Below are positions 1 to 10,653 of a stretch of 64,000 nucleotides of DNA, in pieces; the first letter of the stretch is position 1, and every line of letters begins with the position of its first letter. The stretch is from an uncultured Acidobacteriota bacterium (GTDB taxonomy: Bacteria; Acidobacteriota; Terriglobia; Terriglobales; Acidobacteriaceae), in assembly GCA_963787715.1 (NCBI GenBank), contig CAWBEC010000001.1, positions 1,990,449-2,054,448 of the forward strand, in the 5' to 3' direction. Below the pieces are notes generated by a model. The model did not search any database, was not told the origin of the DNA, and saw only the letters and a list, made by a program, of their open reading frames with translations. The position numbers and the translations under genes are program-made.

Positions 1-1273
1 CGCGCTCCAGGATTGCCACCGGGGAAAGCGTATGGAGTTTCCCGGATGCCTGCTCCAGCCGCGCGCGGCGTTGCATGCGGTAACGTTCGGCGGCGGCCAC
101 CAGAGTCTGCAGCTGGGTGCGCAACTCACGCTTTCTCATACTGAGCTGCTGCCGCAGATCGCGCTGGCCCAGGCGCGATGCGGCCAGATCGAAGCGGCGC
201 GAGCCATCGCCCAGGCGGCTGCGCATCAGGCTCTCCAGGCGGAAGCGCAGATCGTCCACGCGCTGCTGGCGACGGGTAATGGCGTCCTCCATGCGGGCAA
301 AGACGCGGTTCTTCTCCAGCGAGGTAAGACCCTGGCGCTGGCGGAGCAATGCATATTGAGCGGCGCGGCGGAGCCGCTCGCGCAGCGCGGATACGTTCTC
401 CTGCAGCTCCTGCTTGGAGCGGATGACGATCTCAGCCGCCGCCGAAGGCGTGGGCGCGCGCAGGTCGGCGACGAAATCGCAGATGGTGAAATCGGTCTCA
501 TGCCCGACTGCGGAGATAACCGGGATCCGGCTGGCGGCGACCGCCCGCGCCAAGGACTCGTCATTGAAGGCGGCAAGGTCTTCGACGCTGCCTCCCCCGC
601 GCGCAATCAGGATCACATCGACGGCGAAGGCCGGGAACTCCCCCGGCTGCTTACCAATCTGCTTATTAAAGAAGCGAAGCCCGGCTGAAACCTCTCGGGC
701 GGCGCTCTCGCCCTGCACCTGCGCAGGATAGATCAGCACGTTGAGCGACTGATGGCGGCGCTGCAGCACGTTGAGAATGTCCTGAATGACGGCGCCGCGC
801 GGAGAGGTGATGACACCGATGCGGCGGGGCAGCGCGGGCAAGGGCTTCTTGCGCTCCTTGGCAAACAGTCCCTCGGTCGCAAGCTTGGCCTTGAGCTGCT
901 CGAAGGCGACCTGCAACGCCCCTGCGCCCATCGGCTCCATGTATTCCGCGAGCAGTTGCATCTCGCCGCGCGCCTCGTACATCGTGATGCGGCCCCGGAT
1001 AATGACCTGCATCCCGTTCTGCGGACGAAAACGCAGCAGCCGTGCCTGGGCGCGAAACATCACCACCCGAAGCTGTGAGTCGCCATCCTTGAGCGTGAAA
1101 TAGAGGTGGCCGCTCTCAGCCGGACGATAGTTGGAGATTTCGCCCTCGCCCCACACATCCGGAAATCCCTTCTCCAGATGGGTGCGGACGGCTGTAACCA
1201 GATCGCGCACGGCGTAGATGCGGCGCGACGGTACCTCAGCCGGAAACTCGAAGGAAAACTGCGAATCGCCCAC
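1..1273 (-). CDS. xseA: Exodeoxyribonuclease VII large subunit (C-terminus beyond window edge)
   Basis: Absent from the ORF track because it runs off the 5' edge. My minus-strand translation from GTG (complement of 1271-1273, just after an in-frame TAA) reads VGDSQFSFEFPAEV...GEISNYRPAESGHLYFTLKDGDSQLRVVMFRAQA...RIGVITSPRGAVIQDIL...AVGHETDFTICDFVADLRAPTPSAAAE. This is the typical XseA OB-fold plus catalytic core. Confidence 0.85.
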   Translation of the reverse strand, partial: MGDSQFSFEFPAEVPSRRIYAVRDLVTAVRTHLEKGFPDVWGEGEISNYRPAESGHLYFTLKDGDSQLRVVMFRAQARLLRFRPQNGMQVIIRGRITMYEARGEMQLLAEYMEPMGAGALQVAFEQLKAKLATEGLFAKERKKPLPALPRRIGVITSPRGAVIQDILNVLQRRHQSLNVLIYPAQVQGESAAREVSAGLRFFNKQIGKQPGEFPAFAVDVILIARGGGSVEDLAAFNDESLARAVAASRIPVISAVGHETDFTICDFVADLRAPTPSAAAEIVIRSKQELQENVSALRERLRRAAQYALLRQRQGLTSLEKNRVFARMEDAITRRQQRVDDLRFRLESLMRSRLGDGSRRFDLAASRLGQRDLRQQLSMRKRELRTQLQTLVAAAERYRMQRRARLEQASGKLHTLSPVAILER

Positions 1274-1415
1274 GGGGAAAGTTTAGCAGGGGAGGCAAAA
1301 CTCCAGGGCATCGCAAACTTCTAGCTACGACCTTTGAACTGTGCCCACTCGAAAGCTGGAATGTCCCGCCTAAAAGGGGGAGGAACTCCCTCCCCCCAAG
1401 TTCGTGCGACTGCAG

Positions 1416-2384
1416 TTAGAACGCGGTCTTAATATTCATGATTCCCGAAGCTTCGTTCGAGCCACCCGGATCAGTGAAGTGACAGGAGCGGCAGAACTGG
1501 GTCGACGAGCTGGCCTTGGTGCCGTCATTGACCATGGACAAGGAGCCCGGATTGTAAGGAGCAACCAGGAAGAAGTAGGTCGGGTAAGTGCCGCTGACAC
1601 CGCCCCACGTGCCGATTACCGAGTACATGTTATGCGGGGTGTGGCAGGTCGTGCAGAGCACGAACGAAGTGTTAACGGTCGGCGTGGGCTGATAGCCCAG
1701 CGTGGCAGTGCCTTGGAAGAAGTTGCCATAGTTGGACACAAACTGGTCATAGTTCGTGTTCACGCCAATGGTGTAGGAAATGACGTTGTTTGCGATGGTG
1801 AAAGCATTCACATTGGTGCCGAGAACGGCGTTCATTGTAGCATTGATGCCCACAGGGTGATCGTTGCTAAAATTGCCAACGGTGGTGCCGTCGTTGCCGA
1901 GCAGGGTTGGAATCGTGTTCGGACCGTATACATTGAGAGGCAGCTTGCCGATCTTCTGCTCATACACCTGGTTCGTCATCATGCCTCCCTTGGCGATGTT
2001 GCCGTCGTGGCAGGAGAGGCAGAACATTATGCCAACGACTTCACCGGTGGTGTTCGCGACTTCGTTGCCAGGCAGAACTTCAACTGCGCCGCCGCCCGTG
2101 GTAATTGTGTAGCCGAGCAGCGGAGTGGTGTCCTGGCCCCACAGAATGACGTTGCCCGAGTTGACATCGGCGAAAGCTTTCGCGCCGGTAGCCGCATTTC
2201 CACCGCCGCCTTGGGCGCCGCTGTGCGGAGAATGGCAACCCGTGCAACCGCGACCGCCGTTCTGGTGAGCGCCCAATTTATCTAGACCGTTAATGCCGGT
2301 AGAGCCGCCGGTATAGGTCGGGTTCTGCGCGACTGCCATGGCAGAGAAGAACGCCATGCAGAATACGAGAGTAAGCTTCTTCAT
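1416..2384 (-). CDS. Secreted tetrahaem c-type cytochrome
   Basis: 322-aa ORF with signal peptide MKKLTLVFCMAFFSAMAVAQ. It has four CXXCH motifs (CTGCH, CLSCH, CTTCH, CRSCH), two of them in CxxCHxPH form. GGGAGG lies 6 nt upstream of the ATG. Confidence 0.8.
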   Translation of the reverse strand: MKKLTLVFCMAFFSAMAVAQNPTYTGGSTGINGLDKLGAHQNGGRGCTGCHSPHSGAQGGGGNAATGAKAFADVNSGNVILWGQDTTPLLGYTITTGGGAVEVLPGNEVANTTGEVVGIMFCLSCHDGNIAKGGMMTNQVYEQKIGKLPLNVYGPNTIPTLLGNDGTTVGNFSNDHPVGINATMNAVLGTNVNAFTIANNVISYTIGVNTNYDQFVSNYGNFFQGTATLGYQPTPTVNTSFVLCTTCHTPHNMYSVIGTWGGVSGTYPTYFFLVAPYNPGSLSMVNDGTKASSSTQFCRSCHFTDPGGSNEASGIMNIKTAF

Positions 2385-2803
2385 TTAAAGCCTCCCGAAA
2401 CTGACCATTGACAAATTAAATCAAAGGCTGATTTATGAGCGCCCAACCGGGCATGTTAGGCAACGTACGGCTGCTAAGGCTTCAGCCGCTAAGCGTCCTC
2501 GCACTCATGCTGAGCCGAGCTGGTTCAGAGGCTTTGGATGGTTCTACGTGGTAAAAGGTTTCCCTGAGTAGCGGGCCTACAATGCTAATTCTGACCCCAA
2601 TAAAACCGCAGTCTTGAGCCTCGGCCGTTAGGGCTTCTGCAAATACGGCTCTCCGGCGAACCATAGCCTCGGCTATTTGCCTCTGGTGGGCACGCGCCCA
2701 TTCCGTATCCCTGCGGGACTATGCTCGGTGCTGATCGGCAGTTGATTCAAATCCACATTCCGTGGCGAATATTGGCTCTCGCAAATTTGCGCATCCCCCA
2801 ACG

Positions 2804-2828
2804 AAAACGGCAGGCCGAAGCCTGCCGT
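2804..2828 (-). terminator. Probable intrinsic terminator downstream of rpsT
   Basis: Hairpin CGGCAGGC-cgaa-GCCTGCCG (2808-2827). On the minus strand it is followed by a short T tract (complement of aaaa, 2804-2807), about 20 nt after the rpsT stop. Confidence 0.45.
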
Positions 2829-2846
2829 CTCTCAAAAACAAAAAAC

Positions 2847-3119
2847 TTACTTGGTTGCGGTTGCAGCCTTCACGCGAGCCGAAAGGCGGCTCTTGTAGCG
2901 CGATGCCGTGTTCTTATGCAGAATGCCCTTCTGCACGCTCTTATCCAGAGCGGAAACCGTCTCACGGAATGTCGTTTCCAGAGTAGCCTTATCGCCGGAG
3001 GTCAGTGCGGTGCGCAGGGTGCGCAGCGCCGAACGCATACGCGACTTGTTGGCGCGGTTAGTCGCCGTCTTGGATTCCGTCTGTCGTGCGCGCTTCAGCG
3101 CCGAAACATGATTCGCCAT
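2847..3119 (-). CDS. rpsT: 30S ribosomal protein S20
   Basis: 90-aa basic [37 protein letters not shown]..., the canonical S20 N-terminus. Confidence 0.95.
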   Translation of the reverse strand: MANHVSALKRARQTESKTATNRANKSRMRSALRTLRTALTSGDKATLETTFRETVSALDKSVQKGILHKNTASRYKSRLSARVKAATATK

Positions 3120-3325
3120 ACTTACCTATGTCCTTATAGTCAAACTGAAACTTCGTCTTGAACAATTCATTCTACGGCAAACCCGAGCTTTGCCGCAACC
3201 GCCCTGGCTCCGCGTCCGTCGGCCTGTACCCGTCCAGCGCCCGATTCGCGCAAGGGAATCTCCAACAGTATGAGATGATTGCCTCACACAACGAACGCGA
3301 GATGGTCGCAGAAAGCGGTACATAA

Positions 3326-3475
3326 ATGTCTGGAAACATCGGTGACAAGGCAAGATTCAATCGGCTCCGCAAGCAAAAGATTCGCAAACGCCTGACCAAG
3401 GCAGCTGTCCTCGCCGCCAAAGCCGCAAACGCATCCCCAACCGCTGAAACGAAACCAGCCAAGCCCAGCAAATAA
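3326..3475 (+). CDS. Small basic hypothetical protein (49 aa), below the ORF-track length cutoff
   Basis: My translation reads MSGNIGDKARFNRLRKQKIRKRLTKAAVLAAKAANASPTAETKPAKPSK*. It lies in the rpsT/gltX divergent gap and is followed by a hairpin plus T-rich tract at 3507-3545. The SD is weak. Confidence 0.3.
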   Translation: MSGNIGDKARFNRLRKQKIRKRLTKAAVLAAKAANASPTAETKPAKPSK

Positions 3476-3506
3476 GCCGGCAGCCGTTCAATTCGATAGT
3501 TCAAGA

Positions 3507-3545
3507 AGCCCCGTACCAGCTCACCCGCGCGGGGCTTTGTTCTTG
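3507..3545 (+). terminator. Possible intrinsic terminator after the small ORF
   Basis: AGCCCCG (3507-3513) pairs with CGGGGCT (3530-3536) and is followed by TTGTTCTT. The loop is long (16 nt), so confidence is moderate. Confidence 0.4.
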
Positions 3546-3646
3546 CGCTTGGTTTTTGCTCCCACGTCTTGCCTGCGCTTTGTTCTTGCGCTCCACGCAA
3601 CTCACACAACTCTGCCGCGCAGCATTTATATATATACTGAAACCTT

Positions 3647-5125
3647 ATGTTAAGAGTACGATTCGCGCCCTCTCCCACCGGCTTCCTTCATGTGGGCTCT
3701 GCGCGTACCTTCATCTTCAATTGGCTTTATGCCCGCCACAACGGCGGAACCATGGTGCTCCGCCTCGATGACACCGATGTCGAGCGCAACTCGGACGCCA
3801 GCGTCAACTCCATCTTCGACGGCCTGCGCTGGCTCGGTCTCTCCTGGGACGAGGAGTACAAGCAGTCCGAGCGCCACGCCCTGCACCGCCAACTCGCCGA
3901 ATCAATCTTCGCCCAAGGCCTTGCTTATCGCGATTTCACCCCGGCCCACGCCGGCGAGAGCGATCAGTCCGGCCCACAAGGCGCATGGCTCTTCAATCCG
4001 GGGATGCGCGATCTTCCGCGCTCCGAGAGCGACCGCCGCGCCGCCGCCGGTGAACCCTTCGCACTCCGCTTCCGGGTGCCGCGAGGCCAAGACCGCGTCC
4101 TTCGCTTCGCCGACGCCGTCTATGGCGCCCAGAGCAAACTCGCCGATGAGGTCGAGGACTTCGCCCTGCTTCGCAGCGATGGAATGCCGACCTATCATCT
4201 CGCCTCCTGCGCCGATGACGCTGACCTGCGTATCAGCCACATCATTCGCGGCCAGGATCATCTCTCGAACACCTACAAACATCTGCTCATCTTTGAGGCG
4301 TTAGCCGCGGCCACCGGAGCCGCAACTCCGCAGTTTGCGCACCTTCCGCTGCTGGTCGCACCTGACGGCGCTAAACTCTCCAAGCGCCGCCACGGCCCTG
4401 TCGTCAGCGTCACCACCTACCGCGACGCTGGTTTTCTGCCAGAGGCGTTCGTCAACTTCCTCTGCCTGCTGGGCTGGTCGCCCAAGGATGATCGCGAGTT
4501 CCTCACCATTCCGGAGCTGACCTCGGCGTTCACTCTCGAGGGCGTCAACCGCGCCAATGCCGTCATCAATTTCAAGGAAGATGACCCATTCGATCCCAAG
4601 GCCGTATGGCTCAATGCAGAGCACATTCGCGCTCTGCCTGTCGAGCAGCTTTCCGGGCGTCTGCTACCGTTCTTGCAGGCAGAGTCTGGGTGCTCCACAT
4701 CTGCTGAATCTGGCAGATGCGGGTCTGTCACCCCGGAGAAGCTGCTCCAGGTCACGCCGCTGATTCGCGAGCGCATCAAATTCCTTCGTGACGTTACGAA
4801 TGCAGCGGACTTCTTTTTTGCCGCCCAGCTTCCGCCGTATGATTGCCTTGAGCTGATTCCGCCGAAGGGCGATGCAGCGCTGGCCCGCCGCATTCTTACC
4901 GAGGCGCGCGAGCTGCTGGCCGCCACGCCCTTTGATCACACAGCTCTGGAGGCCGCCTTGCGTGCGGCTGCCGAACGGTTAGGGCTGAAGGCTGGGCCCA
5001 TGTTTCAGCCCATCCGCGTCGCCGTCTGCGGACGCAAGAATGCCCCGCCGCTCTTTGAGACCATGGAAGTCCTGGGCCGTGAAGTTTGCCTGGAGCGCAT
5101 CACCCAGGCCCTTGGCAGGCTGTAA
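3647..5125 (+). CDS. gltX: Glutamate--tRNA ligase
   Basis: 492-aa ORF with class I motifs [14 protein letters not shown] (HIGH) and [10 protein letters not shown] (KMSKS). Confidence 0.95.
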   Translation: MLRVRFAPSPTGFLHVGSARTFIFNWLYARHNGGTMVLRLDDTDVERNSDASVNSIFDGLRWLGLSWDEEYKQSERHALHRQLAESIFAQGLAYRDFTPAHAGESDQSGPQGAWLFNPGMRDLPRSESDRRAAAGEPFALRFRVPRGQDRVLRFADAVYGAQSKLADEVEDFALLRSDGMPTYHLASCADDADLRISHIIRGQDHLSNTYKHLLIFEALAAATGAATPQFAHLPLLVAPDGAKLSKRRHGPVVSVTTYRDAGFLPEAFVNFLCLLGWSPKDDREFLTIPELTSAFTLEGVNRANAVINFKEDDPFDPKAVWLNAEHIRALPVEQLSGRLLPFLQAESGCSTSAESGRCGSVTPEKLLQVTPLIRERIKFLRDVTNAADFFFAAQLPPYDCLELIPPKGDAALARRILTEARELLAATPFDHTALEAALRAAAERLGLKAGPMFQPIRVAVCGRKNAPPLFETMEVLGREVCLERITQALGRL

Positions 5126-5206
5126 CGCCAAGCTATATGCCAAACGTCTGATGGCCATTTTCAGGAGCAACCTCGATCGTTGCTCGTTTCCTACAAAGGA
5201 ATGTAA

Positions 5207-6943
<1,737 letters not shown>

Positions 6944-6965
6944 CTGTATCAACTTGAAGTTGGCC

Positions 6966-7001
6966 GGTGGCCCACATCCCCCCTCTTTTGGCGAATGTGG
7001 G
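6966..7001 (-). repeat. Short (internally deleted) copy of the MITE-like repeat, inverted orientation
   Basis: GGTGGCCCACATCC...TTGGCGAATGTGGG equals the reverse complements of both termini of the ~90-bp copies at 22651, 23352 and 39441. Confidence 0.6.
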
Positions 7002-7068
7002 ATCGCCGGTGCAGGCAGCCAAGAACTCACGTAGAAGCCCGAACAGCAACTCTTGCTACAATCGCCTC

Positions 7069-7860
7069 GTGTCTACCTCTGGCGAGCAACTCCCGGCTCA
7101 ACCCGCGCCGCGCCCCTGGCCGCTTGCTCCCGAGACCGAGCCGGTCTTCGGCTTGCTTGAAGTTTTCCTTGCCTTCCTCGCCATGCTGCTGGCAGTGCTG
7201 TTTTGCGGCAGCGTCGCGCTCGTCATCGCGCACCACATCCCTTCACTCAGCCGCGTCCGCACCGTCGATCTCGCCACCGACCCGCGCGTGCTCGTACCCG
7301 CGCAATTTGCCGCGTACCTGCTGCTCTTCGCTGCACTCTGGCGATTATTCCGCCACCACCACCGCATAGGATTCTTCAGCGCTCTTTCCTGGCACTGGCC
7401 GCGGCGCTGGCCCATGTTTCTGGTGGGCGGACTTTTGCTCGCCGTGGCGGTTCAACTCATCGCGCGTCTTCTGCCCGCCCCGCCCGAACTGCCTATCGAT
7501 AAAATGCTGCGCACCCCTGTTGACGCCTGGCTGATGAGCGCCTTCGGCATCTTTATCGCGCCCTTCACCGAGGAGCTCTTGTTCCGCGGACTGCTTTTTC
7601 CGGCGCTCGCACGCCGTGCCGGAGCGCTGTTTTCGCTGCTGGTGACCTCCGCCTTCTTTGGCGCCATGCACGCCCAGCAACTCGGGGAAGACTGGACACA
7701 GGTCGCCTGCATTGTGGGCGTAGGCGTCGTGTTGACCCTGGTCCGCTGGCGCTTCCACTCGCTGGCATCCTCTACGCTGGTCCATGTCGGCTACAACGGT
7801 GCGCTCTTTGTCACCCTTTTCGTCCAAACACGCGGCTTCACAAATCTCTCCGGTCGATAG
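7069..7860 (+). CDS. CPBP family intramembrane glutamic endopeptidase (CAAX protease-like)
   Basis: Multi-TM ORF with motifs FTEELLFRG, FGAMH and HVGYNG. The start is uncertain. The track starts the ORF at 6967, inside the repeat; I prefer the in-frame GTG at 7069. Confidence 0.7.
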   Translation: MSTSGEQLPAQPAPRPWPLAPETEPVFGLLEVFLAFLAMLLAVLFCGSVALVIAHHIPSLSRVRTVDLATDPRVLVPAQFAAYLLLFAALWRLFRHHHRIGFFSALSWHWPRRWPMFLVGGLLLAVAVQLIARLLPAPPELPIDKMLRTPVDAWLMSAFGIFIAPFTEELLFRGLLFPALARRAGALFSLLVTSAFFGAMHAQQLGEDWTQVACIVGVGVVLTLVRWRFHSLASSTLVHVGYNGALFVTLFVQTRGFTNLSGR

Positions 7861-7892
7861 GGCGGAGTTGCCCCCACTCTTCGCCTCTTGTT

Positions 7893-8510
7893 ATGGTGAA
7901 TTCCATGTCCGACGCGCGCCAGAAACTTCTCGCACTCCTTTCGCAGCAGTCCTTTCGACTTGGCCAGTTCACACTTTCCAGCGGCGGCACCAGCGATTAC
8001 TACATCGACTGCCGTACCACCACGCTGCATGCCGAGGGAGCGCGTCTTACCGGCCGTGTCTTTCTCGATGAAATCTCCCGCCGCAACTGGCGTCCGCAAG
8101 CCATCGGCGGACTCACCATGGGTGCCGATCCCATCGTCGTCTCCGTCGCCATGCTCAGCGCGCAGCAAGCCCATATAGCCATTGACCCAGCGGCGCAGCA
8201 GTTGGTTCACGGATTCCTGGTGCGCAAGTCCGACAAGACGCACGGTACCGGACAGCGCATCGAAGGCTTCCGCGAAAAAGGCGCGCGCGTCGTCATCGTG
8301 GACGACGTCTGCACCACCGGAGCCTCCACCGTGCAGGCCATCGAAGCGGCCACTGAATTCGGCTTTGAGATCGTGGGCGTCATGTGTCTGGTCGAGCGCG
8401 AGGAGTCGCTTGGCCGCCCCGCCGTGGAAAGTGCCGCCGCCGGAGTGCCTTTCGTCTCCATCTTCACCGCCTCAGACGTCCGTGCGGAGCATCTTCGTCA
8501 ACTCGTTTAG
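7893..8510 (+). CDS. pyrE: Orotate phosphoribosyltransferase
   Basis: 205-aa ORF with FTLSSGGTSDYYID and the PRPP-binding motif VVIVDDVCTTGAS. An alternative start is ATG 7905. Confidence 0.9.
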   Translation: MVNSMSDARQKLLALLSQQSFRLGQFTLSSGGTSDYYIDCRTTTLHAEGARLTGRVFLDEISRRNWRPQAIGGLTMGADPIVVSVAMLSAQQAHIAIDPAAQQLVHGFLVRKSDKTHGTGQRIEGFREKGARVVIVDDVCTTGASTVQAIEAATEFGFEIVGVMCLVEREESLGRPAVESAAAGVPFVSIFTASDVRAEHLRQLV

Positions 8511-8627
8511 CTGGCGTGAGGCCGATTGCATTTCAGTAAGGAAGGCCTACTTGGGATTGCCATTGACCGCGCGCCAGATTACGATGTTCATCGGCCACCC
8601 ACTTTGGCCCGTTGGGAGTCCCTAGCA

Positions 8628-9029
8628 ATGATGTTTGGCAAACTCGGTCTCGTCATGATCGTTGTGCGCGACATGGAGCGCAGCGTCGTATTTTATCGTG
8701 ATGTACTCGGCCTCAAACTTCTCATCCACCAGGACAACTGGAGCCAGTTTGATGCCGGCAACATTATCATCGGGCTTCATCCGGAGGGCGATGAGGTCAA
8801 GGTAAGTCCCACCACTGGCATGAGCATTGGCATTTACGTCGACGACATGGACCACGCCGTCACCGAAATCCGCCGCCGCCTCGCCAAACTCGCTATCGTC
8901 CCACGTGAGGAGCCGTTCGGCCGCTGGGCTCTGCTCTTCGATCCGGATGGATACAGCATCCAGATTATCGAAATGGCGCGCAGCCTTCGCGCTCAGCACA
9001 AACTCCCGCCGGAGCCGAAAGAGTTCTAG
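8628..9029 (+). CDS. VOC/glyoxalase-bleomycin-resistance family protein
   Basis: MMFGKLGLVMIVVRDMERSVVFYRDVLGL... is the typical VOC fold N-terminus. The start was chosen at the ATG after a GGGAG SD; the ORF-track start 8526 is probably too long. Confidence 0.8.
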   Translation: MMFGKLGLVMIVVRDMERSVVFYRDVLGLKLLIHQDNWSQFDAGNIIIGLHPEGDEVKVSPTTGMSIGIYVDDMDHAVTEIRRRLAKLAIVPREEPFGRWALLFDPDGYSIQIIEMARSLRAQHKLPPEPKEF

Positions 9030-9041
9030 TTCGCGCAAAAG

Positions 9042-9068
9042 AAAATCCCTCCGAGGCGGAGGGATTTT
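9042..9068. terminator. Bidirectional hairpin between convergent genes
   Basis: Perfect 12-bp stem AAAATCCCTCCG-agg-CGGAGGGATTTT with A/T runs on both sides. It lies between the VOC stop (9029) and the His-rich peptide stop (9090). Confidence 0.6.
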
Positions 9069-9089
9069 CTTAGTCCGGTAAATCCTAGC

Positions 9090-9215
9090 TTACCGAGCCT
9101 GGCTCGCGTGCGCATGATGATGATGGTGGTGTCTGTGGTGGTGCTTGGCAAAAGCCGGCATCGCTGCGCTCAGCAGCAATACGCCGGCCAGTACGGCGAT
9201 CAACGATTTCTTCAA
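9090..9215 (-). CDS. Small secreted histidine-rich peptide (41 aa)
   Basis: GGAGG, then 7 nt, then TTG (complement of 9213-9215). Translation: (M)KKSLIAVLAGVLLLSAAMPAFA|KHHHRHHHHHHAHASQAR*. This gives a signal peptide with an AFA cleavage motif and a mature 18-mer with 10 His. The ORF track extends it to ATG 9293, which has no SD. Confidence 0.55.
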   Translation of the reverse strand: MKKSLIAVLAGVLLLSAAMPAFAKHHHRHHHHHHAHASQAR

Positions 9216-9410
9216 CGCTAGGCCTCCAGCAAACGCCCCTTGAGAGCGTCTACTCTTTCCATCAACTCTGATCGCATTCCTTCGACTGGTCAAGTATTTT
9301 TCTTACCTATTCGCCTCGCCGCAAGACACCTTACTTTGCTGCCTCTGTCACTCCACAACTCCGTCGCAAACATTTACACTAGCTTCAACTCAATCGACTG
9401 GAAACCAACC

Positions 9411-10463
9411 GTGCTCGAAACCCTGAAGTGGACTGATTCTGGCGTTTTATTCATCGATCAAACCAAGCTGCCGACCGAGGAGATCTGGGTCAACTGCGCA
9501 ACCTATCAAGCTGTAGCCGATGCCATTCGCACCATGATCGTCCGTGGCGCTCCTGCCATTGGGGTCGCCGCCGCGATGGGCATTGCCCTTGGAGCACGCG
9601 ACCTTCCCGCCACCAGCATCGACGAATTTCGCAACGGCCTCGCCGGGGTCTGCCGCATGATCGGCGAAACCCGTCCCACCGCGGTCAATCTCTTCTGGGC
9701 CATTCGCCGCATGCAGCGACGCTTTGAAGAACTCAGCGCCCAATCCATCCCCTCCATCAAACAGGCGCTCATCGATGAAGCGCTTGCGATCTACGCCGAA
9801 GACATCGCCACCAATCGCGCCATGGGAGCCAACGGCGCTGCACTCCTGCCCCACGCCGGAGGAGTTCTCACCCACTGCAACGCCGGAGCCCTGGCCACGG
9901 CAGGTTATGGCACCGCTCTCGGAGTCATTCGCGCCGCCGTCGAGACCGGCAAGAAGATTCACGTCTTCGCCGATGAAACCCGACCCTTTCTGCAGGGCTC
10001 GCGCCTCACCGCCTGGGAGCTGATGAAGGACAACATTCCCGTGACCCTTATCTCGGACAACATGGCGGGCGCGATCATGGCGCAGGGAAAAATTCAGGCC
10101 GTCATCGTCGGCGCCGACCGCATCGCCGCCAATGGCGATACCGCCAATAAGATCGGCACCTACTCGGTCGCCATACTCGCCAAAGAGCACGGCATCCCTA
10201 TGTACATTGCCGCGCCATTCTCCACCATTGATCTCGAAACTCCCGATGGCTCTGGAATTCCCATCGAGCAGCGCGCAGCCACCGAGGTCACGCACCTCGG
10301 CGGCAAACAGATCGCCCCCACCGGAGTTCAGGTCGAGAATCCTGCCTTCGACGTGACCCCTGCGCGCTACATTCGCGCCATCATCACCGAGCGCGGCGTG
10401 GCCACCGCACCCTTCAACGAATCTCTTCTGAAGCTTAGAGAAACAAAGGCTGCCGTCGTCTAA
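9411..10463 (+). CDS. mtnA: S-methyl-5-thioribose-1-phosphate isomerase
   Basis: eIF-2B/MtnA family signatures are present: [38 protein letters not shown]. The GTG start at 9411 gives the usual ~350-aa length. Confidence 0.9.
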   Translation: MLETLKWTDSGVLFIDQTKLPTEEIWVNCATYQAVADAIRTMIVRGAPAIGVAAAMGIALGARDLPATSIDEFRNGLAGVCRMIGETRPTAVNLFWAIRRMQRRFEELSAQSIPSIKQALIDEALAIYAEDIATNRAMGANGAALLPHAGGVLTHCNAGALATAGYGTALGVIRAAVETGKKIHVFADETRPFLQGSRLTAWELMKDNIPVTLISDNMAGAIMAQGKIQAVIVGADRIAANGDTANKIGTYSVAILAKEHGIPMYIAAPFSTIDLETPDGSGIPIEQRAATEVTHLGGKQIAPTGVQVENPAFDVTPARYIRAIITERGVATAPFNESLLKLRETKAAVV

Positions 10464-10497
10464 ACGGGGTCCCTGGGCAGCCGTGCGCTAGAGTGAT

Positions 10498-10528
10498 GGT
10501 GTCATTCCGAGCAACGCGAGGAATCCCC
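10498..10528 (+). repeat. GTCATTCCGAGC...GAGGAATCC palindromic REP-like unit
   Basis: GGTGTCATTCCGAGCAACGCGAGGAATCCCC lies in the convergent gap mtnA/AKR. A reverse-complement copy is at 28652-28684. Confidence 0.5.
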
Positions 10529-10653
10529 GTGCCTCTCAAATCTCCAGCGCGGCCCCAAAGGCACTTCAGCCAAAATTTGTGATTGCGGATTGGGGTGAGT
10601 TCGACGGCCGCACGAGGCTTCCCTCACAACCCTCGGGCCTGAGCGTAGTCGCG

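Noticed and set aside
6967-7068. The N-terminal extension of the CPBP protease ORF starting at 6967.
   Set aside because: The first ~35 codons are translation of the MITE-like repeat (6966-7001) and contain no signal or TM features. The in-frame GTG at 7069 is more plausible, although the start remains uncertain.
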